Part shown: positions 15,116 to 22,846 of the stretch, piece after piece | How the letters are laid out: every line of letters begins with the position of its first letter | Position numbering within the stretch: position 1 is the stretch's first letter | Source: Dickeya solani IPO 2222 | Lineage (GTDB): Bacteria > Pseudomonadota > Gammaproteobacteria > Enterobacterales > Enterobacteriaceae | Direction: 5' to 3' | Assembly (NCBI RefSeq): GCF_001644705.1 | Contig: NZ_CP015137.1 | Coordinates: 4,800,001-4,832,000, forward strand | DNA: 32,000 bases | The notes under the pieces: model-generated | What the model was told of the DNA's origin: nothing | The model's input: only the letters and a program-made list of their open reading frames with translations | Databases searched by the model: none | Translations under genes and position numbers: made by a program

Positions 15116-15286
15116 GCGCCGCCCTGGTATCGGGCAACATCAACGTCCCTTACAGTAATAGTGCTGAAACGCGCAGGAATATACAGACAACCGCTGACAT
15201 AAGTGTCACTGACAGAGGTTATCCGTAGTATTGCATGTGCTTTCGTAACGACGTATTGCGGCAATCTCCTGCTCTCGTCGCCACAC

Positions 15287-15889
15287 TCAGTTTAACGATA
15301 ACGTCTCCGCCTGCGGCAACAGTTGTTCGATGGCTCGTTGCCAGCTCAGGGTCATGACGCCGTGCGCGGTGATCAGTTTCAGGGTATCCTGCGACAGCAC
15401 GTCGTCGCTGCTGAGTTTCCAGCCCAGGTGGCTGTGCTCGGTGAGCCAGGCGGCGACGTCCGCCCGACAGTCGGGGTGACAGTAGAGCGTGCCGCGCCCT
15501 TCTCCGCCCTGCGTACGCAATAACTGGCGTAACAGCGCCGGGTAACGTTCGGCGTCGGGCACCGCTTTGAGAATCTGGGTCATCGCGTCGGTCAGCAACT
15601 GGCCGCACCGCGCCACCAGCCAGTTTTCCATCTGCTCGCGTTCCTGCTGCCAGCCGCGCAGTATCTCATCCGCCTGCTGCCAGAATTGCTGTTCCGCCTG
15701 ACTGGTAGCGATAGCGATGGACTCGTGCGCCTGCTGGCGCGCCTCATCCAGCAGCACATCCGCCTGCTGCCGTGCTTCGGCCATTACCGCCAGCCCGCGC
15801 TGATGCTGCTGCAATTGTTCAACCCGGATCAGTTCCGCTTCCTGCACATCCGTGCCAGCCACCAGTTTTAAACACCGTCTGGTCAACAT
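15287..15889 (-). CDS. hrpE: HrpE (SctL, ATPase stator / YscL-FliH family)
   Basis: 200 aa. Q/E/A-rich coiled N-terminal half (EARQQADVLLDEARQQAHESIAIATSQAEQQFWQQ) typical of FliH/YscL. RBS GGGAGGGAG. Last gene of the hrpA operon by conserved order. Confidence 0.78.
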   Translation of the reverse strand: MLTRRCLKLVAGTDVQEAELIRVEQLQQHQRGLAVMAEARQQADVLLDEARQQAHESIAIATSQAEQQFWQQADEILRGWQQEREQMENWLVARCGQLLTDAMTQILKAVPDAERYPALLRQLLRTQGGEGRGTLYCHPDCRADVAAWLTEHSHLGWKLSSDDVLSQDTLKLITAHGVMTLSWQRAIEQLLPQAETLSLN

Positions 15890-15922
15890 ACTCTCCCTCC
15901 CTGATGTCGATGATGCTTACGA

Positions 15923-15994
15923 TTGATAACCTATCGCTAATTGATAACCTATCGCTAATTGATACCCTACCGTTACTTGATAACCTACCGCCAA
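15923..15994. repeat. Tandem repeat, 4 units of exactly 18 bp (TTGATAACCTATCGCTAA) in the hrpD-hrpE intergenic gap
   Basis: ttgataacctatcgctaa x2 (identical), then ttgataccctaccgttac and ttgataacctaccgccaa. Each unit contains the small dyad GATA-N3-TATC. Confidence 0.9.
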
Positions 15995-16017
15995 TATAGT
16001 TTAGCTGGTAAATTATT

Positions 16018-16611
16018 TTATACTGAGCAGACCTCCTGCGCCGCCGGGTTGCCATCCGTCGCTTTCCAGACGATGGCATCGCACAGGCCGGCGATACGGC
16101 TGGCGGGCAATACCTCGCCCAGCGGCTGACCGCCACCATCGCGCCAGTCGCGCGGGTACAACAGTTGCAGGCGCGACCAGCAGGCTTGCGGGAAACGGCA
16201 GCGCAATATCGCCAGCGCGTCCTGCTCCCGCTGCTGGTCAAACGCCAGCGATGGCGGCAGCCACAGGCCGGGACGCAGCGCCTTCGCCAGTCGCCGGCAC
16301 CAGACGGCCAGCGTCTCCGGCAGGTCGCCCGGCGTTTCGCGGCATACCGCCGCCATCAGCAGCAACACCTGGCGCCGCTGCTCCACATCCAGTTGCCCGA
16401 GTTGCAGCAACGTACTCTCCGGCGCAGGGGGAAGCGCCTCGGCGACGCCGAGACGACGGCGCATCGCGGCATGGTGCACCGGCGCCAGCGCCATCTCGTC
16501 CTCGCTGAAAACCGTCGCTTCCCGCCAACTGGGGTCCGCTTGCCGCAGGCAGCCATAGCACCACCAGCGGCTCCAGCGTAGGGCGTCGTTGTCATCGGCT
16601 GCGCTTATCAT
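16018..16611 (-). CDS. hrpD: HrpD (SctK-like sorting-platform component)
   Basis: The ORF track gives 16018..16734. The start is preferred at ATG 16611 (MISAADDNDALRWSRWW...), 2 nt after the hrcJ stop (16614-16616). Assigned by the conserved hrcJ-hrpD-hrpE order. Confidence 0.65.
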   Translation of the reverse strand: MISAADDNDALRWSRWWCYGCLRQADPSWREATVFSEDEMALAPVHHAAMRRRLGVAEALPPAPESTLLQLGQLDVEQRRQVLLLMAAVCRETPGDLPETLAVWCRRLAKALRPGLWLPPSLAFDQQREQDALAILRCRFPQACWSRLQLLYPRDWRDGGGQPLGEVLPASRIAGLCDAIVWKATDGNPAAQEVCSV

Positions 16612-16613
16612 GC

Positions 16614-17399
16614 TCAGGCCCCCGCATCCGGTTGCGCCGGTTTCCTGCGCGCCCGCTGTTGTTCCCACCAGGGCTTGCCGAAGCGCCAGCCCAGCACGCC
16701 GGCCAGCACCAGCGCCAACAGGCCAGCCAGCCACTGCAGTTGCGTCATGGTCTGCGGCGTCAGTTGGAACGGTCCCAGCGACACGGTTGGAATATGATCT
16801 TTGTACGGCTCCGCCGGGACAAACACGATGGCCAGGTCTTTATCGCTCTTGCCGGCCAGCCCCGGAATACTGCTGGCTACCATGCGACGGATACGCGGTT
16901 CGATACTGTCCGGCTCCAGCTCTGGCCGGTATTTGATGAATACCGCGGCGGACGCCGGTTGAATGGGTTCCCCCGGTGCAATACGCTCAGGCAACACAAC
17001 ATGAACCCGGGCCACCAGCACGCCGTCAATTTGCGTGAGTGTGGATTCCACTTCCTGAGACAAGGCATAAATGTAACGGGCGCGCTCTTCCAACGGCGTC
17101 GAGATCACACCGGTTTTCTGAAACACCTGGCCCAGATTGGTGCGAGCCTGGCGGGGCAATCCCGCGGCGTTGAGAATATTGACCGCCCGTTCCATGTCTT
17201 TGACATCAATCAGAATACTGACGCCGGCTTTCTCCGTGCGCTTTTCCGCCCCAATGTGATACCCCCCTAATGCGGCGATCACTTCGTTGGCATCGTTTTC
17301 GGAAAGACCGCGATGGAGTTCCACGCGATCGCCGCAGCCAACGATCAACATCGCCAGCAGCAGAGGCAGGAATCGGTGCAGGACGGATTTACTCATCAT
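16614..17399 (-). CDS. hrcJ: HrcJ (SctJ inner-membrane ring lipoprotein)
   Basis: 261 aa. Lipobox MLIVGC. YscJ/PrgK-type sequence (...LSENDANEVIAAL...GVSILIDVKDMERAVNILNAAGLPR...RVHVVLP...ASAAVFIKY) and a C-terminal TM segment. Confidence 0.92.
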   Translation of the reverse strand: MMSKSVLHRFLPLLLAMLIVGCGDRVELHRGLSENDANEVIAALGGYHIGAEKRTEKAGVSILIDVKDMERAVNILNAAGLPRQARTNLGQVFQKTGVISTPLEERARYIYALSQEVESTLTQIDGVLVARVHVVLPERIAPGEPIQPASAAVFIKYRPELEPDSIEPRIRRMVASSIPGLAGKSDKDLAIVFVPAEPYKDHIPTVSLGPFQLTPQTMTQLQWLAGLLALVLAGVLGWRFGKPWWEQQRARRKPAQPDAGA

Positions 17400-17482
17400 G
17401 GCGCCATTATTGTGAGTTGTTGATGATTGGATTAATCATGACTGGGTCATCATGATGATGGTGATTAAGGGTTTGATCCTGG

Positions 17483-17848
17483 CTATTGCAGGTTGGTCAG
17501 TTTTTCCAGGCTCTGGACGCTCTTGGCCACCACTTTGGCATTGAGCAAACTTTCCAGATAAAACGAGGACAGCGTCCGGGTGGCATCCATCACATCCTTC
17601 GGGTTATTGCTGTTGATGCTTTTGCCTACCTGACGTTCTGCCTTCTGCAACAGGTTTTCCAGGTTATCGGACTTCTTCGCCAGCTCGCCCAGCCAGGCCT
17701 TGTTGTCCGCTGTCGACGTTGCGGGCGCGGCAGGTTCCATCGCGGCGCTAAACCAGGTCACATCCGATTGCGCAGGAATATCGACGCTGCGCGGCTCACC
17801 GTCACCATTCAGTCCCTGAAGCTCATTGACGCGAGTGATTTTCATCAT
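17483..17848 (-). CDS. hrpB: HrpB (SctI-like inner rod protein)
   Basis: 121 aa, second gene after hrpA. C-terminal helical region ...TRTLSSFYLESLLNAKVVAKSVQSLEKLTNLQ is typical of the SctI/HrpB family. Confidence 0.72.
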   Translation of the reverse strand: MMKITRVNELQGLNGDGEPRSVDIPAQSDVTWFSAAMEPAAPATSTADNKAWLGELAKKSDNLENLLQKAERQVGKSINSNNPKDVMDATRTLSSFYLESLLNAKVVAKSVQSLEKLTNLQ

Positions 17849-17882
17849 GAATCCGTTCCTCTTTGATGGATGTTAATGTGAC

Positions 17883-17907
17883 AAAAACCGGGGGAACGTC
17901 CCCCCGG
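17883..17907 (-). terminator. Intrinsic terminator / attenuator between hrpA and hrpB
   Basis: Minus-strand RNA is CCGGGGG-GACGUU-CCCCCGG followed by UUUUU. Begins 22 nt after the hrpA stop. Confidence 0.8.
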
Positions 17908-17928
17908 TAGTCGACTACCTACACAACA

Positions 17929-18132
17929 TCAGAACTGGATGGCTTTGGCCGCTTTCTGCCCGGAGTTCATGGCTTTGGTGGCGGAGTCCATCTGGCCGTC
18001 GGTGATTGAGCTGATAGCATCGGTTTTCATTTTCTGCTCCTGGGCAGCGGTGGTCATCGCCGTGGTCGATGCCATGGTTTTGTCCAGAGACTGCATGCCT
18101 GCCATTGCTGCTGCGTTAGAAAGTCCCATCAT
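17929..18132 (-). CDS. hrpA: HrpA, Hrp pilus subunit
   Basis: 67 aa, small, Ala/Thr/Met-rich and Cys-free. First gene after an hrp box and followed by an attenuator hairpin. The position is conserved in Erwinia/Dickeya clusters. Confidence 0.8.
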   Translation of the reverse strand: MMGLSNAAAMAGMQSLDKTMASTTAMTTAAQEQKMKTDAISSITDGQMDSATKAMNSGQKAAKAIQF

Positions 18133-18217
18133 GATAGATATCTCCAGTTAACAGTTGATTGATAAAGTGATTTCGCTAATGAACTTTGCGACTTACACAG
18201 TCATCGTGTTCATAAGT

Positions 18218-18245
18218 TAAGTAGGAGATAGCGAGGGACGGTTCC
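18218..18245 (-). promoter_or_regulatory. HrpL-dependent hrp-box promoter of the hrpA operon (GGAACC-N15-CTACTTA)
   Basis: Minus-strand reading is ggaaccgtccctcgctatctcctactta. Perfect -35 element. The -10 element has one mismatch to CCACNNA. Lies 86 nt upstream of the hrpA ATG. Confidence 0.75.
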
Positions 18246-18300
18246 GAAAGATATTCACTTTTTTTCCCCTGGTGGTGATAACAGGATACAGCCCGATAAA

Positions 18301-19284
18301 TTACAGCCCGCGCGCCGCCACGTTCAGCAGCTTGATGCGGTGATAGAGCGTACGTTTGGGAATACCCAGCTCATTAACCACCGTATCAATACAGTGGTCG
18401 TTGCGCTGCAACGCCTCCTGAATCAGGAACCGTTCAATACGGCGCAGGCGTACTTTCAGCGACGTCAGCGGCGTATCTTCCCCCACGCCCCACCCGTCGC
18501 CATCACCGCCTACCGGCACCGGCGACAGCCCCAGCACCCAGCGTTCGGCCGCTGCTTTCAACTCACGGATGTTGCCGGGCCAGCCGTGCATCAGCAGTTG
18601 CTCCTGAATGATGGACGACAAGCCCGGCGCCGGTCGTTTCAGGCGGGCAGACGCCTCGCGCAAAAAGCGTTGGAATAACGGCAGAATGATTTCCGTACGC
18701 GAACGCAGCGTCGGCAACTGGATTTTTACCGTATCCAGCCGGAAGTAGAGGTCACGCCGAAAACGACCTTCGTCCACCAGCTTCTGTAACGGCGTCTGCG
18801 TGGCGACAATCACCCGCATATCCACCGGTTTGAACTGCGTGCTGCCCAGCCGTTCGATGCCGCGGCTTTCCAGCACCCGTAACATTTTGGCCTGCAGCGT
18901 CAGCGGCATACTGTCGACTTCATCCAGAAACAGAATGCCTTTGTCCGCGGTTTCAAGATACCCGGCGCGGGACCGGGTGGCGCCGGTGTAAGCCCCGGAG
19001 ACCACCCCGAACAACTCGCTTTCCGCCAGCGTTTCCGGCACAGCGGCGCAGTTCACCGCCACCAACGGGCCGGCGCAACCGGAAAGCTGATGAATACGGC
19101 GCGCCAGCGTGTCTTTGCCGGTGCCGGTTTCGCCTTCAAGTACGATATCAACGTTGAGGGGGGCGATAGTGTGGATGAGAGAAGATAGCGATCCATGTAT
19201 ATCTTCCGACGGATGCGTTAACAAGGACTCATGGGAGACACAATGAAGTGACCGCACGGATTCATTGCTATTCCTTATCGTCAT
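18301..19284 (-). CDS. hrpS: HrpS, sigma-54 enhancer-binding protein (NtrC family, no receiver domain)
   Basis: 327 aa. Walker A GETGTGKD, ESELFG, a GAFTGA-type loop (GAYTGA), and a C-terminal HTH (...VVNELGIPKRTLYHRIK). RBS AGGAG 5 nt upstream. Confidence 0.93.
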   Translation of the reverse strand: MTIRNSNESVRSLHCVSHESLLTHPSEDIHGSLSSLIHTIAPLNVDIVLEGETGTGKDTLARRIHQLSGCAGPLVAVNCAAVPETLAESELFGVVSGAYTGATRSRAGYLETADKGILFLDEVDSMPLTLQAKMLRVLESRGIERLGSTQFKPVDMRVIVATQTPLQKLVDEGRFRRDLYFRLDTVKIQLPTLRSRTEIILPLFQRFLREASARLKRPAPGLSSIIQEQLLMHGWPGNIRELKAAAERWVLGLSPVPVGGDGDGWGVGEDTPLTSLKVRLRRIERFLIQEALQRNDHCIDTVVNELGIPKRTLYHRIKLLNVAARGL

Positions 19285-19726
19285 GACAACTCCTGTACCT
19301 TTTTCTATATTCCATTATCAAACTGTCGAATCTATCCCGTTCCAGACGGTGTCCCGCAGCAACATAGCCATCAGTAGCTGTCATTGCATCATTACGGGAT
19401 ACCACCAAATCCTGAACGCTGGCACGGGTTTGGGTTCCGATGGCCACCATTGCCATCCTGACAATTCCTTAACACTTAATAATCGCTAATCTGCAAGTAT
19501 TAACAAATTATTCATGGTGTGTGTAAGCATTACCGCCAACAGCAAAACAAACCATCAGCCGGCGGCTGAAGTTGGCGTAGGAATTTCAGAGTGAAAAGTA
19601 GGAATATTCTTACCCAGGAGGCCACGGCGATGGCGGCGTTCCGGACACTAAAGGCGTAGATTCCCCCCTTCGTCATGACGTTGTCTTACACAGGGTCATG
19701 GGCGAAGGGAGGGTAACAGACTACTG

Positions 19727-20380
19727 TCAGGCGATTAAACGCTGGCTCAATGCATATTTCACAATGTCCGCATTGGTGGTGAACTGCATTTTTTCCATTA
19801 ACCGCGATTTATGAGTGCTGACGGTTTTGTTGCTGATGGCCAGGGTTTCGGCGATGGCGTTGACCCCCAGTCCCTGAGCCAACATCACCATGATCTGATG
19901 CTCCCGCGAGGTCAGCAGTTCATTACGCCCGTCGCCGCGAGTCTGGCAATCCGCAAATACAATCTGCTCGGCGATGCTGTGGTCGATATAGCGCGCGCCC
20001 TGTGCGACGCGGCGGATAGCCGACAGCAGTGCCTCTGGGTCCTTGTCTTTGGTGATATAGCCGAGCGCCCCGCTTTTCAGCACCCGCCGGGCGATCTGCG
20101 GTTCGCTGTACATGCTCAACACCAGAATCGGCAGACGCGGATACTGCGCCACAATACGGATAATCAGCTCTTCGCCGCAAATGCCCGGCATGCTCATGTC
20201 CAGCAGCAGTAAATCGACCTGACTCTCCCGCAGCTGCGCCAACACCTGCGACCCGGTACCGGCTTCCGCCACGACCTCCAGATTGTCGTCCAATGCGAAG
20301 ATTTGCTTTAACCCTTCGCGCATGATCACGTGATCGTCGGCAATCATCAGTTTTATGGGTCTATCCATTCGCGTTTTCAT
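19727..20380 (-). CDS. hrpY: HrpY response regulator (NarL/FixJ family, LuxR-type HTH)
   Basis: 217 aa. Receiver domain (IKLMIADDH...DLLLLDMSMPG...) and a C-terminal LTSREHQIMVMLAQGLGVNAIAETLAISNKTVSTHKSRLMEKM. Confidence 0.92.
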   Translation of the reverse strand: MKTRMDRPIKLMIADDHVIMREGLKQIFALDDNLEVVAEAGTGSQVLAQLRESQVDLLLLDMSMPGICGEELIIRIVAQYPRLPILVLSMYSEPQIARRVLKSGALGYITKDKDPEALLSAIRRVAQGARYIDHSIAEQIVFADCQTRGDGRNELLTSREHQIMVMLAQGLGVNAIAETLAISNKTVSTHKSRLMEKMQFTTNADIVKYALSQRLIA

Positions 20381-20401
20381 CCTCTTCAGAGAAAATTTAT
20401 T

Positions 20402-21874
20402 CTACGCGGTATCCTGCGGAAACGTCAGCCGAACCAGCGTACCCACGCCTGGTTGACTCTCTATGACCACTTCGCCCCCCAACATCCGGCCGCGCTCTTT
20501 CATGCTCATCAGGCCGAAGGCGTGAGGTTTACGGGTTAGCGCGTCAAACCCTTTGCCGTTGTCGCGCACACTCAGCACAATCAGCCCCTCGCAGTTTTCC
20601 AGCGAAATCACCACCTGCGTCGCCTCGGCGTAGCGGGCAATATTGGTCAGCGACTCCTGCACCACCCGGAACGCCGCGGTGGCGCATTCGTCATTCAGCA
20701 CCACTTCCGGCTCTGGCGCCCGCAACAGACAAGGACGGCGATACTGGCGGATAAAGTCATCACGCAGCCACTCCAGCGCGGGGGTCAGCCCCATATCCAG
20801 CACGTTGGGGCGTAACCGGGTCGCGACATGTCGCACGACCTGAATGGTTTTATCGGACAATGCCATCAAATTCTGTAATTGCGTCAGCATATGCGGATTA
20901 TCGCGGGCGAACTGCATGCGCATCAGCGACAGACTCATGCGCATTGATGTCAGGTGCTGCCCCAGCTCGTCATGGATCTCCCTGGCGATGTGTTTGCGCT
21001 CTTCTTCGCGGGAGATTTCCCGTTGGCGCGCCAGCAGCCGCAGCTGCATGTGGGAATCCTCCAGTTTTTTTTCGGCATAGCGGATGGCGGTGATATCGCG
21101 CCCGACGGTCAGGATCGACGTCAACTTACCGCTTTGATCGAACTCCGGCACACAGCGGATATGGTGAATCACCCGGTGGCGCGTCTCCGTCGCGCCGATG
21201 TCCTCCTCCAGTTCGCCTTCGACGCTGCTTTCCGTGTCCACGACCATCTGCACCAGTTGCAGAATGCGCTGGGCGCAACGGGCGTTCGGCAGCAAATCGG
21301 TCAGCCGCCGCCCGCGCAGTTGCTCAGCGGTAAAACGCAGATGGGCCAGTGTAGCGGGGTTGGCGTACTGGCAGTTGAGCTGCGGATCAAAACGCGTAAT
21401 CAGATCCGGCGTATTCTCCACCAGCGCCCGGAACTCCTGCTCGCGGGCGTAGGCCAGTTGTTCGATATGCTTGCGTTCACGAATATCCCTTACTACGCAC
21501 ATACTGTACTTTCGTCCTTTATGTAGAAAATGATTCACGCTGACTTCGACCGGCAGCACCATGCCAAAGCGGGTTTTATGCCGGGTTTCAAACGTCAGCC
21601 CGCGCTTCCAGCAGCGGGGATCGCTCCAATGGCGGTTCGTCTCTTCCCTTGTACAACCAAGGTCAATGTCCTGTATCCGCAGACGACGAAACTCGCGGCG
21701 ACTGTAGCCCAGCATGCGACAGGCTTCATCATTGGCGTAACAAAACTGCTCCATATCGTTGACAATATAAATGGCATCTTTGATACGACTAAAGGCGAAG
21801 TCCACCAGTTCAAGCGGCGGTACGTCATCCGGGTGGTGGGGTTGTGGGGGAATCGGGGTATATAGCATTGCCAT
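20402..21874 (-). CDS. hrpX: HrpX sensor histidine kinase (cytoplasmic, PAS domains + HisKA_3 + HATPase)
   Basis: 490 aa with two PAS-like regions and no TM segments. H-box IAREIHDELGQHLT. ATPase N/G boxes (VVQESLTNIARYA, DNGKGF). AAGGAG abuts the first ATG, so the third-codon ATG at 21868 (6-nt spacing) may be the true start. Confidence 0.92.
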   Translation of the reverse strand: MAMLYTPIPPQPHHPDDVPPLELVDFAFSRIKDAIYIVNDMEQFCYANDEACRMLGYSRREFRRLRIQDIDLGCTREETNRHWSDPRCWKRGLTFETRHKTRFGMVLPVEVSVNHFLHKGRKYSMCVVRDIRERKHIEQLAYAREQEFRALVENTPDLITRFDPQLNCQYANPATLAHLRFTAEQLRGRRLTDLLPNARCAQRILQLVQMVVDTESSVEGELEEDIGATETRHRVIHHIRCVPEFDQSGKLTSILTVGRDITAIRYAEKKLEDSHMQLRLLARQREISREEERKHIAREIHDELGQHLTSMRMSLSLMRMQFARDNPHMLTQLQNLMALSDKTIQVVRHVATRLRPNVLDMGLTPALEWLRDDFIRQYRRPCLLRAPEPEVVLNDECATAAFRVVQESLTNIARYAEATQVVISLENCEGLIVLSVRDNGKGFDALTRKPHAFGLMSMKERGRMLGGEVVIESQPGVGTLVRLTFPQDTA

Positions 21875-22099
21875 CTCCTTGCTATCGCTAAGCCTGTCGG
21901 CCCCCGAAAGCCGGGCGCCGACAGCAGAAAGGAAAGCCGCAGAAATCGCCTCCGGGAAAGGTGGCCTGCGACCCTGTTAGGCTGCTCTCCGCCACGACGC
22001 GCGGCGCCAGCGGCACACAGCCTGATACTGACTGACAGGTTCCTTCACCTCCCCTGATTAAGGGAAGGTGCCCTCCCGAGGCATGGCAATATAAGCGAG

Positions 22100-22126
22100 C
22101 CCCCGTGCCGGGCTGCCGCACGGGGG
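22100..22126 (-). terminator. GC-rich hairpin immediately after hrpL (terminator-like, weak U tract)
   Basis: 9-bp perfect stem cccccgtgc / gcacggggg with a 9-nt loop, beginning 8 nt after the hrpL stop. The downstream minus-strand sequence cucgcuuauauug is only moderately U-rich. Confidence 0.45.
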
Positions 22127-22133
22127 AGTCAAC

Positions 22134-22688
22134 TTATGCATCAACGGCCTGGCGAAGATATCCCCTGGCGCGGGAAAGACGCGATCGTACAGTGCCAATA
22201 GGAATGTTGAGCTGCTCGGCGATATCCTGGTAGCTGACATCAGCATCCAGCAGCATCATCAACATCTTACGCGTTTCCTCCGGCAGGTGCGCACTGGCCG
22301 TCAGCGCGCGGTTCAGCAAATGATCGCACTCCGTAATGCGGCTGGGATCGATATCCGTCGACAGCATTTCCGCCACGTCCAACGTATCGTCGCTGATATC
22401 GACGGTACGATAACGCGCCTGTTTGAAGTGGTTTCGCACCAGATTCAGGGCAATGCCGAATACCCAGGTTTCCGGGCGCGAAGCGCCGGCGAACTTTTCG
22501 CGGTTTTTCAGCACTTCCAGATAGGTCATCTGCTGTAAATCTTCCACATCCTCACGGTTCGATACGCGCTTGCGAATGAAGTTTTGCAGTCGTTTGCCAT
22601 GCAGGCGAAAAACCTGCTCCCAGTCCACGGTATTGGTAGGGGTATGAATCTGACACGCATCCATTTGTTTCAGTGCAATCGCTTCCAT
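22134..22688 (-). CDS. hrpL: HrpL, ECF-family alternative sigma factor of the hrp regulon
   Basis: 184 aa with sigma-70 region 2 (...DVEDLQQMTYLEVLKN...RPETWVFGIALNLVRNHF) and region 4 (...SYQDIAEQLNIPIGTVRSRLSRARGYLR). A sigma-54 promoter lies upstream. Confidence 0.94.
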   Translation of the reverse strand: MEAIALKQMDACQIHTPTNTVDWEQVFRLHGKRLQNFIRKRVSNREDVEDLQQMTYLEVLKNREKFAGASRPETWVFGIALNLVRNHFKQARYRTVDISDDTLDVAEMLSTDIDPSRITECDHLLNRALTASAHLPEETRKMLMMLLDADVSYQDIAEQLNIPIGTVRSRLSRARGYLRQAVDA

Positions 22689-22733
22689 TTCATTAACTCT
22701 CCATCGTTATGCCCCAATTGGCGCATCTGGGAG

Positions 22734-22749
22734 AGCAAAGCGCGTGCCA
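22734..22749 (-). promoter_or_regulatory. Sigma-54 (-24/-12) promoter of hrpL: TGGCAC-N5-TTGCT
   Basis: Minus-strand reading is tggcacgcgctttgct with correct GG-N10-GC spacing. Lies 46-61 nt upstream of the hrpL ATG. Confidence 0.88.
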
Positions 22750-22846
22750 GCCAGAAAATATCAATTAACTATATGTTATATAACAATTTATTTTTTACCA
22801 CCCTGAGTTTTTATGCCATTTTTTGCCAGTAAAATCCGGCCTGAAT

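Noticed and set aside
15843-15860. TGGCAC-containing sequence on the minus strand inside hrpE (tggcacggatgtgcag)
   Set aside because: The GG-to-GC spacing is off by one relative to the sigma-54 consensus, and it lies inside a coding region.
15923-15994. Could the 18-bp tandem arrays (here, 5089..5160 and 15069..15115) be CRISPR arrays?
   Set aside because: The units are directly adjacent with no unique spacers. They are shorter than CRISPR repeats, and no cas genes are present.
15772-16241. ORFs 15772..15999 (+) and 15819..16241 (-) that translate the 18-bp repeats into LIDNLS / SISDRL peptide repeats
   Set aside because: They overlap hrpE and hrpD in wrong frames or on the wrong strand. 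The periodic peptide is simply a by-product of an 18-bp (6-codon) DNA repeat.
19420-19435. Sigma-54-like motif TGGCACgggttTGGGT on the plus strand in the hrpS-hrpY gap
   Set aside because: The -12 element is TGGG rather than TTGC. The motif also points away from hrpS toward the 3' end of hrpY, with no gene to drive. It is also inside the candidate 62-codon ORF region.
21888-22246. ORFs 21888..22121 (-) and 22058..22246 (-) in or overlapping the hrpL-hrpX spacer
   Set aside because: There is no RBS, the composition is odd (C/G/R/P-rich), and one overlaps the hrpL 3' end out of frame. The region is better explained as structured non-coding RNA/DNA.
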